A stretch of 64,000 bases of DNA from Felis catus (Eukaryota), in the NCBI RefSeq assembly GCF_018350175.1, contig NC_058375.1, positions 105,710,001 through 105,774,000 on the forward strand, read 5' to 3'. Of the stretch, positions 48,101-60,172 are shown in pieces. The notes beneath the pieces were generated by a model. The model saw only the letters and a program-made list of their open reading frames with translations. It did no database searches and was not told the origin of the DNA. Made by a program: the position numbers and the translations under genes. The first letter of the stretch is position 1, and every line of letters begins with the position of its first letter.

Positions 48101-50993
48101 AATTTTATTTTGCCTAGATAGTATCCTAGGTCCCTTCTAGCTCCAAGATGCTATGAATTATTCTGTGAATTTTGTTATTTTATTATTTACTAGAAATTCC
48201 ATATAAGGCCACATCATTCCACTTAAAAAAATTTTTTTTAATGTTTATTTTTGAGAGAGAGAGAGACAGAGTGCAAGCAGGGGAGGGGCAGAGAGAGAGA
48301 GAGGGAGACCCAGAATCCAAAGCAGACTCCAGGCTCTGAGCTGTCAGCACAGAGCCCAACACGGGGCTCAAACTCACAAGCTGTGAGATCATGACCTGAG
48401 TCGAAGTTGGAAGCTTAACCAACTGCGCCACCTAGGCGCCCGAACATCATTCCACTTTTTAACAGAATGTAACCAGGGGCACCTGGGTGGCTCAGTCAGT
48501 TGACTGTAGGACTTCGGCTCAGGTCATGATCTCAAAGCTTGTAAGTCTGAGCCCCACGACGGGCTCTGTGCTGACAGCTCAGAGCCTGGAGCCTGCTTCG
48601 GATTCTGTGTCTCCCTCTCTCTCTGCCCTTCCCCCGCTCATGCTCTGTCTCTGTCTCTCTCAAAAATTAAAAAAAGAAAAAAAAGAATGTAACTAAAGCC
48701 AAACTCCAGAGAAGTCCTAGACTGCTGAGCCACAGTCCACTGAGCTAGAAAGGCCACTAGAATCTAGTTATTTATTTCCTTTTTGAGAGAGAGAGAGAGA
48801 GAGAGAGAGTGCAAATGAACGAGCAGCAGAGAGAAAGAGAGAGCCAGGGAGAAGCGGGGCTCACCTGAAGCAGGGCTCGTGTTTTACCTGAAGCGGGGCT
48901 TGAGCTCACAAACCATGAGATCATGACCTGAGCCGAAATCAGATGCTTAACGACTGAGCCACCTAGGCGCCCCTAGAATCTGGTTTAACAGAGCAGTTCA
49001 AAGTGATGATTTTAGAATGAGACAACCTGGTCTGAATCTTAGTTCTACTAAGTAGACTTGTAATCTGTAGCAGGTTATCTTCCTAGGCCTTTCTTTCCTT
49101 ATCTTTAAATATTTGGGGAATAGTTTTAGCCACCTCCTGAAGTCTTATGGAGATAATATATAGAGCTTGGCACACACTTTGTGTTAACACTAAGGTAGCT
49201 GGTGTTAGGTAACTACCTAGTGTTAGGTAGGTAATAACCTAGGTAATTATCATTATTTAATATACCTTCTGCATTTTACAAATGGTAAGGAAGCTGAGGG
49301 CCCAGACAGGTGAAGTGACTTATGCAGTCACTCAGCTAGTAAGCAGCAGAATGAGGCCAGAACCTAGAACCCTTCACTAGGCTACAGAGCTTTTTTTGTA
49401 CTCAGGAGGGGACAGGGCTGTAAGAAAACCTCCACATATAACCGATCTACAGTAGCACAGTTTCCTTCTTTTCACAGCTTCAGAGTCTCTCCTGGGATGC
49501 AGGAGCTGCTCAGTACTTTCATATCTCCTTCCTTGGTGTGGGCCATGGCCTCTACTTGAAATGTGGCTTTCCTAATCCTCCCAATCTCCACCTGTGGGAA
49601 TCTTAGCCACGTTTTCATTAGTTCAAAAAAACCATCTATTAGCTTCTATGTGCTAGGGACTATGCCAGACTCTAGAGATATAAAACTGAAAGAAAATAGT
49701 TCTGTCCCTTAAGGAAAGCACAGATTATTGGAAAGACAAACACGCAAAAGGTATAAACAACTGGATTATAGGCTTGCAGAGAAGCTAGAGCAAGGAATTT
49801 CTAAGTGTTTCACGGCTCCTTAAAAACTGCCCTTAATGTCCTCCCCTGCCTCCTTCCAAGTAAAAATTAATCTCCTTTTCTGATTTCCTACCCTTTATTA
49901 ATACTTCTACCAAGTCACCACATTCTGTCACCTGCAATCCATATTTGCGTCCCTGTTCATTTCTCACTAGATTGCAAATTACAGAAGGGCAACAACAACA
50001 CATTGTATTTATGTTTCTATCTCTTAGAATGGTTAGCACAGCCGTTGAAACATACCAAGCATAGAAATGTTGGCTAAACTCAACAGGGTATGGAAAAAAT
50101 TCATCCATTTTAATGCAATGTTTCTTACACCTATCAAAGAGACCCCACGCGTGACCTGAAATGCCTGGTGTAGAGAGTACCTGCTTTGCACCAAGGAGGC
50201 CACCTTACTGGAAAGAAGAAGGCAGAGCACTGATGAGGTATAAAGACCCAGAAGAGAAAGACTTTAAAAACTTAGAACTAGAGGGATTAGAGTACTGGTC
50301 TCACAAAAACTCAGAACTAGAAACCAGCCCTGGACTGTTTGCTGTAAATGTTTAATCACTTGCAGTTAAAACGTTTATGTGTGGTTAACAGTACAGGCCT
50401 TGGAGTCTGACAGACTTGTTTGAATTCCCACTCTAACACTCATTAGTTATTTGACCTTGGTCACATTGGTTAACCAATCTAGGTCTCAGTTTCTTCATCT
50501 GTAAACAGGGGACAATACCTGTATGCTCGATAGGACTGTGAGAACCAAATGGGCTAATGTACATTGAAAGCCTCTAGGATAGAGACCGACATGATAAACA
50601 GAAGAAGCTCCTCTCCACTGCAGCAGTGGCACAAGATCTGTCCCAACCAGACAATGCAACATTGAGATGGGAAAACCAAAAGATAAAGGGTGGATCAGAC
50701 CACAACAGAATTGGGACAATTTCAGGGGAAGCTGCCCAGAAGGGCCATGACATTCTCCTGAGGAATAAATCTCTTCTACATGGTTGCCTGCATCCCAGTC
50801 GTGGAAGACTCACCGTCACCCCGTATTTGAGTGCTAGTCCAGCCAGGGTGTCTCCGGGGGCCAGCTGATGCTCCAGGCGTCTTTCCCTCACCGGGGAGCA
50901 AGCCGACTGCACCAGGCTTCCGTAAGAACGAGCCCGGCTCCCTTGAAGCAGTCCCGACCCCCCAAGGGAGGCCTGTCTAGAGGGAGAAGCCAT
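45168..50993 (-). CDS. LYSMD1: LysM domain-containing protein 1, 3 coding exons (50814-50993, 45720-46084, 45168-45306), 227 aa
   Basis: 180+365+139=684 nt with GT-AG boundaries. MASPSRQ...RRLEHQLAPGDTLAGLALKYGVT|MEQIKRANRLYTNDSIFLKKTLYIP (LysM domain)...RTRTLRDQEDEIFKL*. Confidence 0.95.
46241..46305 (-). mobile_element. Ultra-short 5'-truncated felid L1 insertion
   Basis: L1 3'-terminal sequence plus (TTTA)n tail between perfect 15-bp TSDs TATTCCTATTTTATT (46226-40, 46306-20). Confidence 0.8.
46324..46790. mobile_element. hAT-Charlie-like DNA transposon remnant
   Basis: Begins CAGTGGTTTTCATACTTTTTGG (Charlie-type terminus) and continues as AT-rich internal sequence. Confidence 0.55.
47165..47415 (-). 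mobile_element. Antisense Can-SINE with expanded (GAGAAA)n, inside L2-like sequence
   Basis: SINE body with a hexamer repeat at ~47188-47232. Confidence 0.75.
48225..48973. mobile_element. Three Can-SINEs in LYSMD1 intron 1 (48225-48441 -, 48476-48680 +, 48775-48973 -)
   Basis: SINE heads and tails with TSDs (ACATCATTCCACTT, AGAATGTAAC, CTAGAATCT). Confidence 0.85.
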
Positions 50994-50999
50994 CTCCTG

Positions 51000-51900
51000 A
51001 CCCTACCGACAGCCGGGGTTGCAACTAAGGGAGGCCCGGCTAAGCGCTCAATAGTGACGGGGCCAGGGTCTAGGAATGGATAGCCAGAGGATCCTTTTCC
51101 CTTCTGTCTTCTCTCCTAATTCTCCCGCCTCCTCCGGTACTACGCACCCCCTCCGCTCTCGCGTCTCCTCCCTCCAAGCCCCTTTCCCACAAATCTGTAC
51201 CCTGAGTGTTCAGTCCCTACCGGTGTCTATCCTCAGGACCCCGCCGACTTTCGACCCCCGCCCCCCCCCACCCCCCGCCGCCACAGATCGCTACGCTAAC
51301 CTCTGACCTTTGAACTCTAGTTACCTTCCTCCACACTCAGCTCAGTTTGCCCCCTTGTCGGACAGCCCCGACCTCCTGAATTCCCCCCACACCCTGGCTC
51401 CGCCCCGTCCTGGGGTTGGTCCACTAGTGTCAGGAATAAACCCGGCCCACCCCCGGTGGGCTGTCGGCCGGAGACTAGGCGCGTGATGAGTGCGAGAGCT
51501 CGTAGCACACTTTCCAATCCGAGATCCTCTAAGGCCCGCACAGCACCAAATCCGCCACACTCTCAAAATCAGTCTCCACATTTAGGTTCTTCCCCTGCAG
51601 ACGCCCCGAATCTGTCAAGATGCGAGGGCTGGGCGGCAAGCTCTTTGAAAAAAAAGACTTCATTTCCCAAAATGCCCCGCACGCGCGCGGTCGCCGGGTG
51701 GCGTAGGAAGTGCGGGCCCCTCGGCAGGCTGGGGCCGGCTTGCGGTAGCGCTGTGCATGCTGGGAAGCGCTTCCAGGGAAGTAAGGAGGCCAACCGGAAA
51801 AGAACCCGAAGGAAAGGAGACGCCCCAATCTTGCTACGGTGGCCTGAAAGGAGAGGCGAAGCAACCCAAGAGAATTGCTCGTTTCTGGGCCTCCGTCGTG
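51000..51900. promoter_or_regulatory. Bidirectional CpG-island promoter of LYSMD1 and SCNM1
   Basis: Head-to-head ATGs at 50993(-) and 51901(+). CpG-rich, with a ZNF143-like motif at 51657-51680 and ETS GGAAGT/CCGGAA cores at ~51706, 51777 and 51794. Confidence 0.85.
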
Positions 51901-54227
51901 ATGTCTTTCAAGAGGGAAGGTGATGATTGGAGTCAACTCAATGTGCTGAAAGTAAGCGCTAGAGGAGAGCGCCGGGAGCAGCTTCACCGCTCTGGGAAAG
52001 AGCTGTTTTGCTGCTCTGGCAACAAGTCGGGGTGGGGGGGGCGCGGCGCGAGGGAGCGACTAGAGCTGGGTAGTGACCCCTTTTTCTCCCTGTGATCTCT
52101 GTTCTCAGGGTCCTTACTCCCTTTCAATCCTCGTCCTTGTCGTTTCCCGTCCGATCCTTTCTCCTAACTCTCTGATCCCCCTGTAGAAACGAAGAGTCGG
52201 AGATCTGCTGGCCAGTTACATCCCAGAGGATGAGGCGCTGATGCTACGGGATGGACGGTGAGGACGAGGAGTGATCAAGCCTGAGGGTTCTGCAGTTAGA
52301 GGCTCAATAAAATTTTATCAGGGGGGAGAGCTGGAGTATCTAGGATTAATTGCTAGATCAAGGTGGGACTTACAACCGAGACCCCTCTCCCCCCCCCCCC
52401 CCCCCCGGGAGCAAATATCTTCTCTCCTCCTATCCAGCTTTGCTTGTGCCATCTGTCCCCACCGACCTGTCCTGGACACCCTGGCCATGCTGACTGCCCA
52501 CCGTGCAGGCAAGAAACATCTGTCCAGTAAGTTTGAGGGACGACAGGGGTTAGAGAAGAAATCCTCCAGATCTCTGCAGATCACTGTTGCTTCTCTGTTT
52601 TTAATTCTTTCCCCTGTCTCCTCAGGCCTGCAGCTTTTCTATGGCAAGAAGCAGCCAGGGAAGGGAACAGAGCAGAATCCAAGACAGCAGAATGAATTGA
52701 GGAGGTCAGAGACCAAAGCTGAGGTAATCAGGGTGGGGAGAGTGTGTTCCCAGTGGGTCTGCTTGAAGGGTTTTGACTTCTTTCTGGCTCTGAAGACTCT
52801 GACTCTGTCTCCCCTCTCTATACCAGGCTCCTCTGTTAACTCAGACCCGACTTACCACCCAAAGTGCTCTGCACAGAGCTCCTCACTATAACAGCTGCTG
52901 CCGCCGGAAGTACAGGTCTGTGGGGTAGGAAAGCCAGAGGTTGGAAAGGGCAGAGGAGATAGATGGCTCAAAAATGATTGTATTCCAAATTGTATTCTCA
53001 GGAATACTAGTAGTCCAGAGATGTTAACTGGTATTTCAGGAAAAAGAGAATTTTTTTTAGGTTTGGAAAAATGGCACTTTGTAATCCTAATTTGGATAGT
53101 AATACTAGTATATATTAAGGGCTCTACAAAGTCTTAAAATTAAAAAACTTCAAAAAATTTAACCTAGCCTTTAAAGAACTCAGTTTGATTCCAAAAAACA
53201 TTTTTTTATTGTTTATTCATTTGTGAGAGAGAGACAGAGTGTTAGCAGGGGAGGGGCAGAGAGAGAGGGAGACACAGAATCCAAAGCAGTCTCCAGGCTC
53301 TGAGCTGTCAGCACAGAGCCCGACACGGGGCTCGAACTCACGAATCACAAGATCATGACCTGAGCTGAAGTCGGAGGCTTAACTGACTGAGCTACCCAGG
53401 CGTTCCCCAAAATTCTTTTTCATGCAGAACACTTACTAAAACANNNNNNNNNNNNNNNNNNNNNNNNNNNNNNNNNNNNNNNNNNNNNNNNNNNNNNNNN
53501 NNNNNNNNNNNNNNNNNNNNNNNNNNNNNNNNNNNNNNNNNNNNNNNNNNNNNNNNNNNNNNNNNNNNNNNNNAGATTTTTATTTTTAAGTGATCTGTAC
53601 ACCCAATGTGGGGCTTGAACCCACAACCCTGAGATCAAGAGTTGCATGCTGTACGGGCTGAGCCAGCCAGGTGTCCATTGAGGGAAACAATTTAGGAAGC
53701 ACTGCTGTAAGGGGTTGGGATTCATAAGAGAATTGGCCCTTATCCTTTACCACTTTTATAGACGTTGATTCTTCTCTACCCAGACCAGAAACCCCTCGTC
53801 CCTCTGTCTCCCATTTCCCTTTGCCACCCCCAGAGGTTGAACCCAAGAGTGGGAAGATCAGTAGGGAACCCGTGCCTGGGGCTGGCCCACAGGCCAAGGA
53901 GTCAGCAACTGTCTCATCCTCTGCACCCATGAGCCCCACGAGAAGACGTGCCCTGGATCATTACCTCACCCTTCGAAGGTGAGGATACAGAATCACCTTC
54001 CTTAAGTTTTCTCTTTTCTCTCTGACTCTCCTTTTTTCAATCCTTCTCAATTGTTGTTGTTTTTTTCCTTATTCCCTACTAACTTCTTAAATCTCTTTTC
54101 CTGACCTATTCTCTTTGTTATTTCCAGCTCTGGATGGATCCCAGATGGACAAGGTCGATGGGTAAAAGATGAGAATGTTGAGTTTGACTCTGATGAAGAG
54201 GAACCCCCTGATCTCCCTTTGGACTGA
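51901..54227 (+). CDS. SCNM1: Sodium channel modifier 1 (zinc-finger protein, minor spliceosome component), 7 coding exons, 230 aa
   Basis: Exons 51901-51951, 52187-52257, 52438-52526, 52626-52723, 52827-52915, 53784-53978, 54128-54227 total 693 nt. MSFKREGDDWSQLNVLKKRRVGDLLASYIPEDEALMLRDGRFACAICPHRPVLDTLAMLTAHRAGKKH (C2H2 finger)...SSGWIPDGQGRWVKDENVEFDSDEEEPPDLPLD*. Confidence 0.95.
53200..53675 (-). mobile_element. Two antisense Can-SINEs in SCNM1 intron 5, spanning an N gap
   Basis: Reverse SINE bodies at 53200-53407 and 53580-53675. Confidence 0.75.
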
Positions 54228-54824
54228 CACATTCCATTCCCCCACTCAGTTCAGAAGTAAATTTCAGTGGGCTCTGGAAGCTGAATTTTCCTCGAGTCTC
54301 CTTCCTTGTTCCATTTCAGGATTTCAAACCTGCATTCTCAGCCTGGCCAATTCTTCCCTGCAATGTACATGACTCCCCATACTTCTAACCCCTCCCCCAC
54401 CTTCTACCAATGTCATGCCAAGCGTCAGCTGCACGTAGCCCAATGCCCTATTAATAAGTCTGTCAGAAGGAGGTCTGTGCCCTTCATGTTGTCTGCCTTC
54501 TTCCCCACCGCCACTCAAAGTCCTTTCCTCCTTCAAATCACACGAGGGTTGTGGGTAGACGCCGGGGGACCTGGCCACGTCTGGAAAGAGGGTTGGGGTA
54601 GGTACTCTGTGAGAGCAGAAAGGACTAAATGAAAAGACAGGGGTGTGGGGAACACCAAGGGAGGGAGCTCCCCCACCTCCTCCTAGTAACTTGAACCTCT
54701 CTGTCTGCTGATCCCCAGAGTATAAATAATCCCCTGATGAACTGGCAGTAACCCTTGGGTGTTAGTGCCAAGATTCCCACCCCAGAGCCCAAGGAAGGAG
54801 GCAGGCAGAGTGGACAGAAGGGCC

Positions 54825-54830
54825 TTTATT
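54825..54830 (-). terminator. TMOD4 poly(A) signal
   Basis: TTTATT on + (AATAAA on -), about 75 nt after the stop. Confidence 0.75.
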
Positions 54831-54903
54831 TACAGGAAGGGGGAGAGATGAGGATTTAAGCATTCAGGGCTTCCAGCTCTGGTTGGTAAAGGGAAAGGAA
54901 GTG

Positions 54904-57900
54904 TTATCTCTTTTTTTGCTGGCGACCTGTAACAGGAAACAGTAAACACAAGTCTTTCTTCCATCTCTTACTTCCTGCAGAGGTGCTCTTCTTTCCAGGT
55001 CCTTGAGGCCAGACGCATAAAGAGGTAGCGTCTTTGGCCAGCAAGCACGCCCACCCCACATTAACAAAACGAAATAAGACATGACATGGCAAGTAAAAGT
55101 ACCATGCTCCCAAACGGGTATGTCTAGCTCCTTTCCTGCCTTTCTACGGGTATGTGTTTGGGGGCAGGGAGACTCTTCTATACTTTTTAGTCACTTAGGG
55201 GATTTAAACTTCACGTGTGAATATTGCTTTGGCTGTACCCCAGGCTATTAGTCCCTAAGTCAGGCTTCAGAAGGATCTACTTGCCCCCATACAGCATGTC
55301 TGCATTTACTCACGTAGTTCATTGTTCCGGGTCATGGCCTGGGCTGCCCGAGCACGTGGCCCCTGCTGTGTGAAGTGGTAGCCAAAGCGGACAATGGAGG
55401 GACACTGCTCGAGCACGGTGGCCATCTCCATCTCCACTGCATCGCCAGGCCACTGGCGCTGGGGGACAGAGAGGTGAACCCTGTCAGCCCCCTTCTCTGT
55501 GTTCACCGCGCCATACCACCAACCCTTTGGGAGGTTGAAAAAGCTTGTTTCATCAGAAGGGGTGATAAGAGGTGCTGACCTTGGCTCCCCTCATAGAGAC
55601 AACGAAGAGGTTTCAGACAAGATTAGGTGAGATCCTGACCCAGTGGCAGCCTCAGGGAGGAGACTCGGTGAATATTAGTTGAATGATCAGGGGACCAGGG
55701 GAGGGAAAGCTCACCTGGTTGTCTACACGGAGCTCAGTGAGTGTGGCATTTTCCCGAACTGCCTTCAGCACAGCCATGAGCCCTGTGCTGCTAATGAAGT
55801 TGGATTCAATGTTCAGGCTCTGGAGGCTACGATTCTCACGCAACATGTCAGCCACCGCCTGGGTAGTAGGGACTTGGGTTAGGATTAGGGGACAGTTTCA
55901 CAGATGACTGAGGAGAGAAAGAACAGGAGCAAGAGGGAAACACAGCTCTTTGAGAAGAGTCCTTGAGGAGCTGTAGGTGGGGTGAGAGGGAGATGGAAGG
56001 GAGCACAGGTCGTAGGGGAAGCAGGGAGGTTAAGTGTGAGGTGGAGTTGGCGGGGTGGTAGAGCAGGCTGTGGCTCTCTGAGAAGGTGATCTGAGGATTT
56101 CCGAGCTAAGAGCCATGGGACTGAGGGTAGGAGTCTTCATCAGGCCATCCTAAGATTACGTGATGGGAATAACATCCCCAGCACAACCCCAACCCCTTAT
56201 GACAGCCCTGGCAGGGGGGCATGTCAAGGGGTGCATGTATGGGGAGGGGGCTAGGATTTCAAGTTGCCTTACATTGGCGATGGGGTCACCACTCCTTGTG
56301 GCCACCAGACTGAGGCTCCGGACATAGGTATTTGTCTTCATGGCCTCACACAACTCAGTTAGCATGGGTATCGGGATGTCCTGTCAGAGGAGAAGAGATG
56401 GTGGGCTAAGGGACCCACATATCTGGGACTCACATAGTTAATCCCATTTATTATTTGGAACATAGGGGTCAGATACCTGTATGTTATTGAGGTTCACCTC
56501 CTCCAGCTCCTTGTCATTGTTTCGAACGCTCTTTAGTATCTCCTCGATGTTTGTGGGATTTGGGGGCTCATCCGGCACCGGCTTGTACTTGTCAGGCTGC
56601 ACCACACCTGGCGGGCAAGGGCCAGAAGGAAACCACGACATGTCCCCCACAACCTCCTCCCCATTGGTTCTCCCATTACTTCTGTACCATGTCCTCTCCA
56701 TGATCCCCGTTTCACCCTTTGCTACCTTTAATCAGACCTTGGGACTGCCTTCCCAAAGCCCTGGATGCCATGCTTCCAAACACTCACTACTAATGCCTTC
56801 GGTGTTGCAGATTTCTCCACTGCAGATGGCGTCATAGTATTGCTTGTTGCTCATCAGTGTGTACATGCCCAGAATTGCTGGAGAGAGCACGTAGAGGGGG
56901 AACAAGGAATGAGAAGAAGGAGTTTGTTCCAAATCCCCTCCCTTCTCATTCTGAATCTGTTGCAGTTTTTTAAAGCCTGATTTCTCCCCCCTCTTCCAAA
57001 GAGGTTCCCACTCTCCCTAGGTCCCAGGGTTTCCTTCTATGAACTGCTTAATGTGGTAGTTTTTAAAACTTTGAGGGGGGGGAGGGGGGGCGCCTGGGTG
57101 GCTCCATCGGTTAAGTGTCCAACTCTTGATTTCAGCTCAGGTCATGATTTCACAGTTCATGAGATTGAGCCCCGCATCAGGCTCTGCACTGACAGCACAG
57201 AGCCTGTTTGGGATTCTCTCTCTCCTTTCTCTGTCCCTCCCCACCTCAAAATAAATAAATAAACTTTAAAAAAACCAACAAACAAGTTTGAGACAGGGCT
57301 AAGGGAAGGTCCCTAAGGAGCCCCTAGAGGGTAAGGGAGAGAAAAACAACAGTGTTTCACATTCAAAAAAAAAGAGAAAAGAGTGAGGGAGTCTGTTAGA
57401 CTTCCTCCTATTTCCAGCCAGAATAGTTCTACTTTTATCTGCTTTATAATCCCTATAAACTTGTCTCTGAGATGTGAATGTATTAGATTAAAAAATGAAT
57501 GAGTGAATACATAAGCAAAAACTTAAAACCATGACCTGAGGCTTTCTCTAACATTCATGTCCTGTTCAGGGCCTTCCTCACTAGTCCCATGGCCTGGCTA
57601 GAACCGCCCTGCCCTGGATCTCCCCACCCTCCCTAACCTTCCACTGCCGCCCACCTGCAATATCACACATTTCGGCGTCTGTGGCATGGGCCAATGCCTC
57701 TTCCAGTTCAGGCTCCAGAGTGATCTGCTCCTGTGCAGGAATTTCCCTCTTGGGCTGAATGTAGGGTTTCCCTGATGGGGAGATGAAGGGTGGCTCAGGT
57801 GGAGGTCATTCCTCCTACGATTCTTGTCTCTAGCTTCCTTCCTTTCCTTCTCCAGGAGGTGGAGTCTTGGGTCACTAGGGGCCACCGTAAGGCCCAAGTC

Positions 57901-58581
57901 CTCTACCAGCTCAGGACTCCTGGGTCCCCTAATCTCTCCTAAAAGCTGGAGAGTGAAAGAGGCATGTGTGTTTCAGGGTGGCCAGGTCCCTGGGCAGCTA
58001 GAAGCTGGAAGGTCAGAGGGAAGCTGGAGGGGGTGCACTTGAGAGATGACCATTGGGTTTTGGTAGGCATGGTTGTTAGTGTCTCCATACCCTTCTTCTC
58101 GCCTGTGAAGGGCACCAAGTCATCACGTTCTTTGACCTCTAGTGCCTGCTGTTCCAGATACTGCAAAAGGGCATCCCGGTCCAGTGGCCCCGTTGGGCTC
58201 TTCTTTGTCTGGTCACGTTGTCTTAGTCCAGCGGGCAGGAGCATGTTCTTCGGGATGAGTTTTGGGGAGGAAGTCAGACCTCTGATCTGGGGTACCTCCA
58301 GGGCTCCCTAAACACCTGCACACACCTTTTCCCTGGCCCTCTTGGGATTCCAAGCCCTGTAGGCAGCCCTGATCTCAGCCACCCGGGGCCCACCACCCCT
58401 TCCCCAATGCTTGGAGGCTGCCCGTTTCCTCGTTGGTTCCTTGTGCCAGAGCCCCTACCTCGGGGTCCATCTCCTGTAGCTCGCAGTCCAGCTGCTCCAG
58501 CTCCTCGGGGCTCAAGGTCTTTAGGATCTCATCTTCATCTATGTCTCTGTATTTCTCCAGTTCCTTCTGATACGATGACAT
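54904..58581 (-). CDS. TMOD4: Tropomodulin-4, 9 coding exons, 345 aa
   Basis: Exons 58459-58581, 58091-58247, 57655-57771, 56788-56877, 56477-56607, 56273-56380, 55715-55858, 55314-55458, 54904-54926 total 1038 nt. MSSYQKELEKYRDIDEDEILKTLSPEELEQLDCELQEMDPE|NMLLPAGLRQRDQT..., LRR cap (SLNIESNFISSTG), ending RRQQKKR*. Confidence 0.96.
57085..57275 (+). mobile_element. Can-SINE in a TMOD4 intron
   Basis: GGGGCGCCTGGGTGGCTC head and AATAAA tail. Confidence 0.85.
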
Positions 58582-59641
58582 GATGGCCCCACCCCCTCCC
58601 CACTCTGGTGCTCACGGAGCCTGGGGGGAATGGGGAAAGTTATTGGAGAATGGAAAGATACACATGGACACAGCAGGACACAGATGAGCCAGGGGGCAGA
58701 ACGATGAACTGGATGCCTTGGAGGCTAGAAATCTAGCTGGGCAGGGGAAGGTGGGGACTTATGTTGTTTAGTTAGAACCAGAGCTTCCTTCTTCCTGCTT
58801 CCTCAGCTTCAGCCACCCTGGATGGGGATCCCAGGCATCCAAGCGTGATTTGCCCATTGTGTGACAGAGAAATCCTGGCAACACCCTCCCTTATAACCTC
58901 GTCCGTCCGTGCCTCTTGCCCAAGCACAGCTGCCAAGGGCCCTGCCAGCACAGCTGGCCCCAGGCCCAGTTCCTATTGAAAGGAAGGGGGGCATACAAAG
59001 AGTTTCAGGGAAATTCCTCTTCTCTTCCCCAAGATCCAGTCTTTTTTCCTAAACTCGAAGAACGCAAGGGGGAAGAGAGACAGTTCTCTTACCCTACCCT
59101 CATTTCCTCTTTTATTGTGGGGGAATCAAGATTTCACTTTCTATGTTTGCTAAAACTCTAAATCCTAAGGGAAAGCAAGGGCTCAGAGGAGCTGGGGGGA
59201 GTGCCAGGTTGGGGGAAGGGTGGTATGGTCTCAGGAGAAGGGGCTGAGTCCCCATAATTTGTCCCTGACTTTGGACGGGAAGGTGACACCGGACCAATGG
59301 GTGGGAAATACCTTCTAAATGCGATAAAGTTTCTCTAAAAACAGTGGGAAGATTAAACTTGCACAATCTCTTACAATACAGAAAATACACACAAGCTACA
59401 CATACATACACACCATACTGAATATGAAAGATCCAGAAAGTGTGTGAGATACCTGCATGGACAATGTACACTATGGTTAAGGGATAGGACAGACAGTGGC
59501 AGAAACATACGCTGAGGGACGGAGACACTCCACATCATTCCCGAAAGGAGCCGCTCCTCTCCTCCCACCTCCCACCAGGCTCTGGTCCATAAGCCCCCTG
59601 CCTTCCCACCTACCAGTCCTGGTGGCCACCTCCCTTCTCAC

Positions 59642-59701
59642 CTCCCCTTCTGTCGGTTGGTCTGTCAGTGCTACTGGAGCACTGTCCCCGCGGCAGGAAG
59701 A
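59642..59701 (-). other. TMOD4: Candidate TMOD4 non-coding exon 1 (5' end hidden in N gap)
   Basis: GAG|GTGAGA donor (GT at 59640-41). The exon 2 acceptor CAG is at 58621-23, 39 nt before the ATG. Confidence 0.5.
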
Positions 59702-60166
59702 NNNNNNNNNNNNNNNNNNNNNNNNNNNNNNNNNNNNNNNNNNNNNNNNNNNNNNNNNNNNNNNNNNNNNNNNNNNNNNNNNNNNNNNNNNNNNNNNNNN
59801 NNNNNNNNNNNNNNNNNNNNNNNNNNNNNNNNNNNNNNNNNNNNNNNNNTGACACTTCCTTCCCTTCCTGCATGTAAGCCAGAGTCCTAGAAACTAGGGG
59901 AATCATGTCATTCCTACTTATTTGGGGTCTTGCTATATTCAAAGCAGTGAATATAAGGTGATATAAAGGGGAGTACAGGAATTTTGTTTGGAGGTCTAAT
60001 TTAAAGGTGTTTATAATCCAGCTGGAGGAGGGAATACTTACAATTTAAAAAGGGCAGCTCATAATAAATGCTATTAAACAAAATAAAGACCCATATATAC
60101 TCAGACATTCACAAAGACTTCTTGCTCCCAACTCAATGAGACACCAGACAAAGGGGATCTTTCTCT

Positions 60167-60172
60167 TTTATT
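60167..60172 (-). terminator. VPS72 poly(A) signal
   Basis: TTTATT on +, about 170 nt after the stop. Confidence 0.65.

Noticed and set aside
56469-56476. TMOD4 donor GTATCT resembling a U12-type 5' splice site next to the minor-spliceosome gene SCNM1
   Set aside because: It does not match GTATCCTT and I see no TCCTTAAC branch site, so it is treated as a U2 intron.
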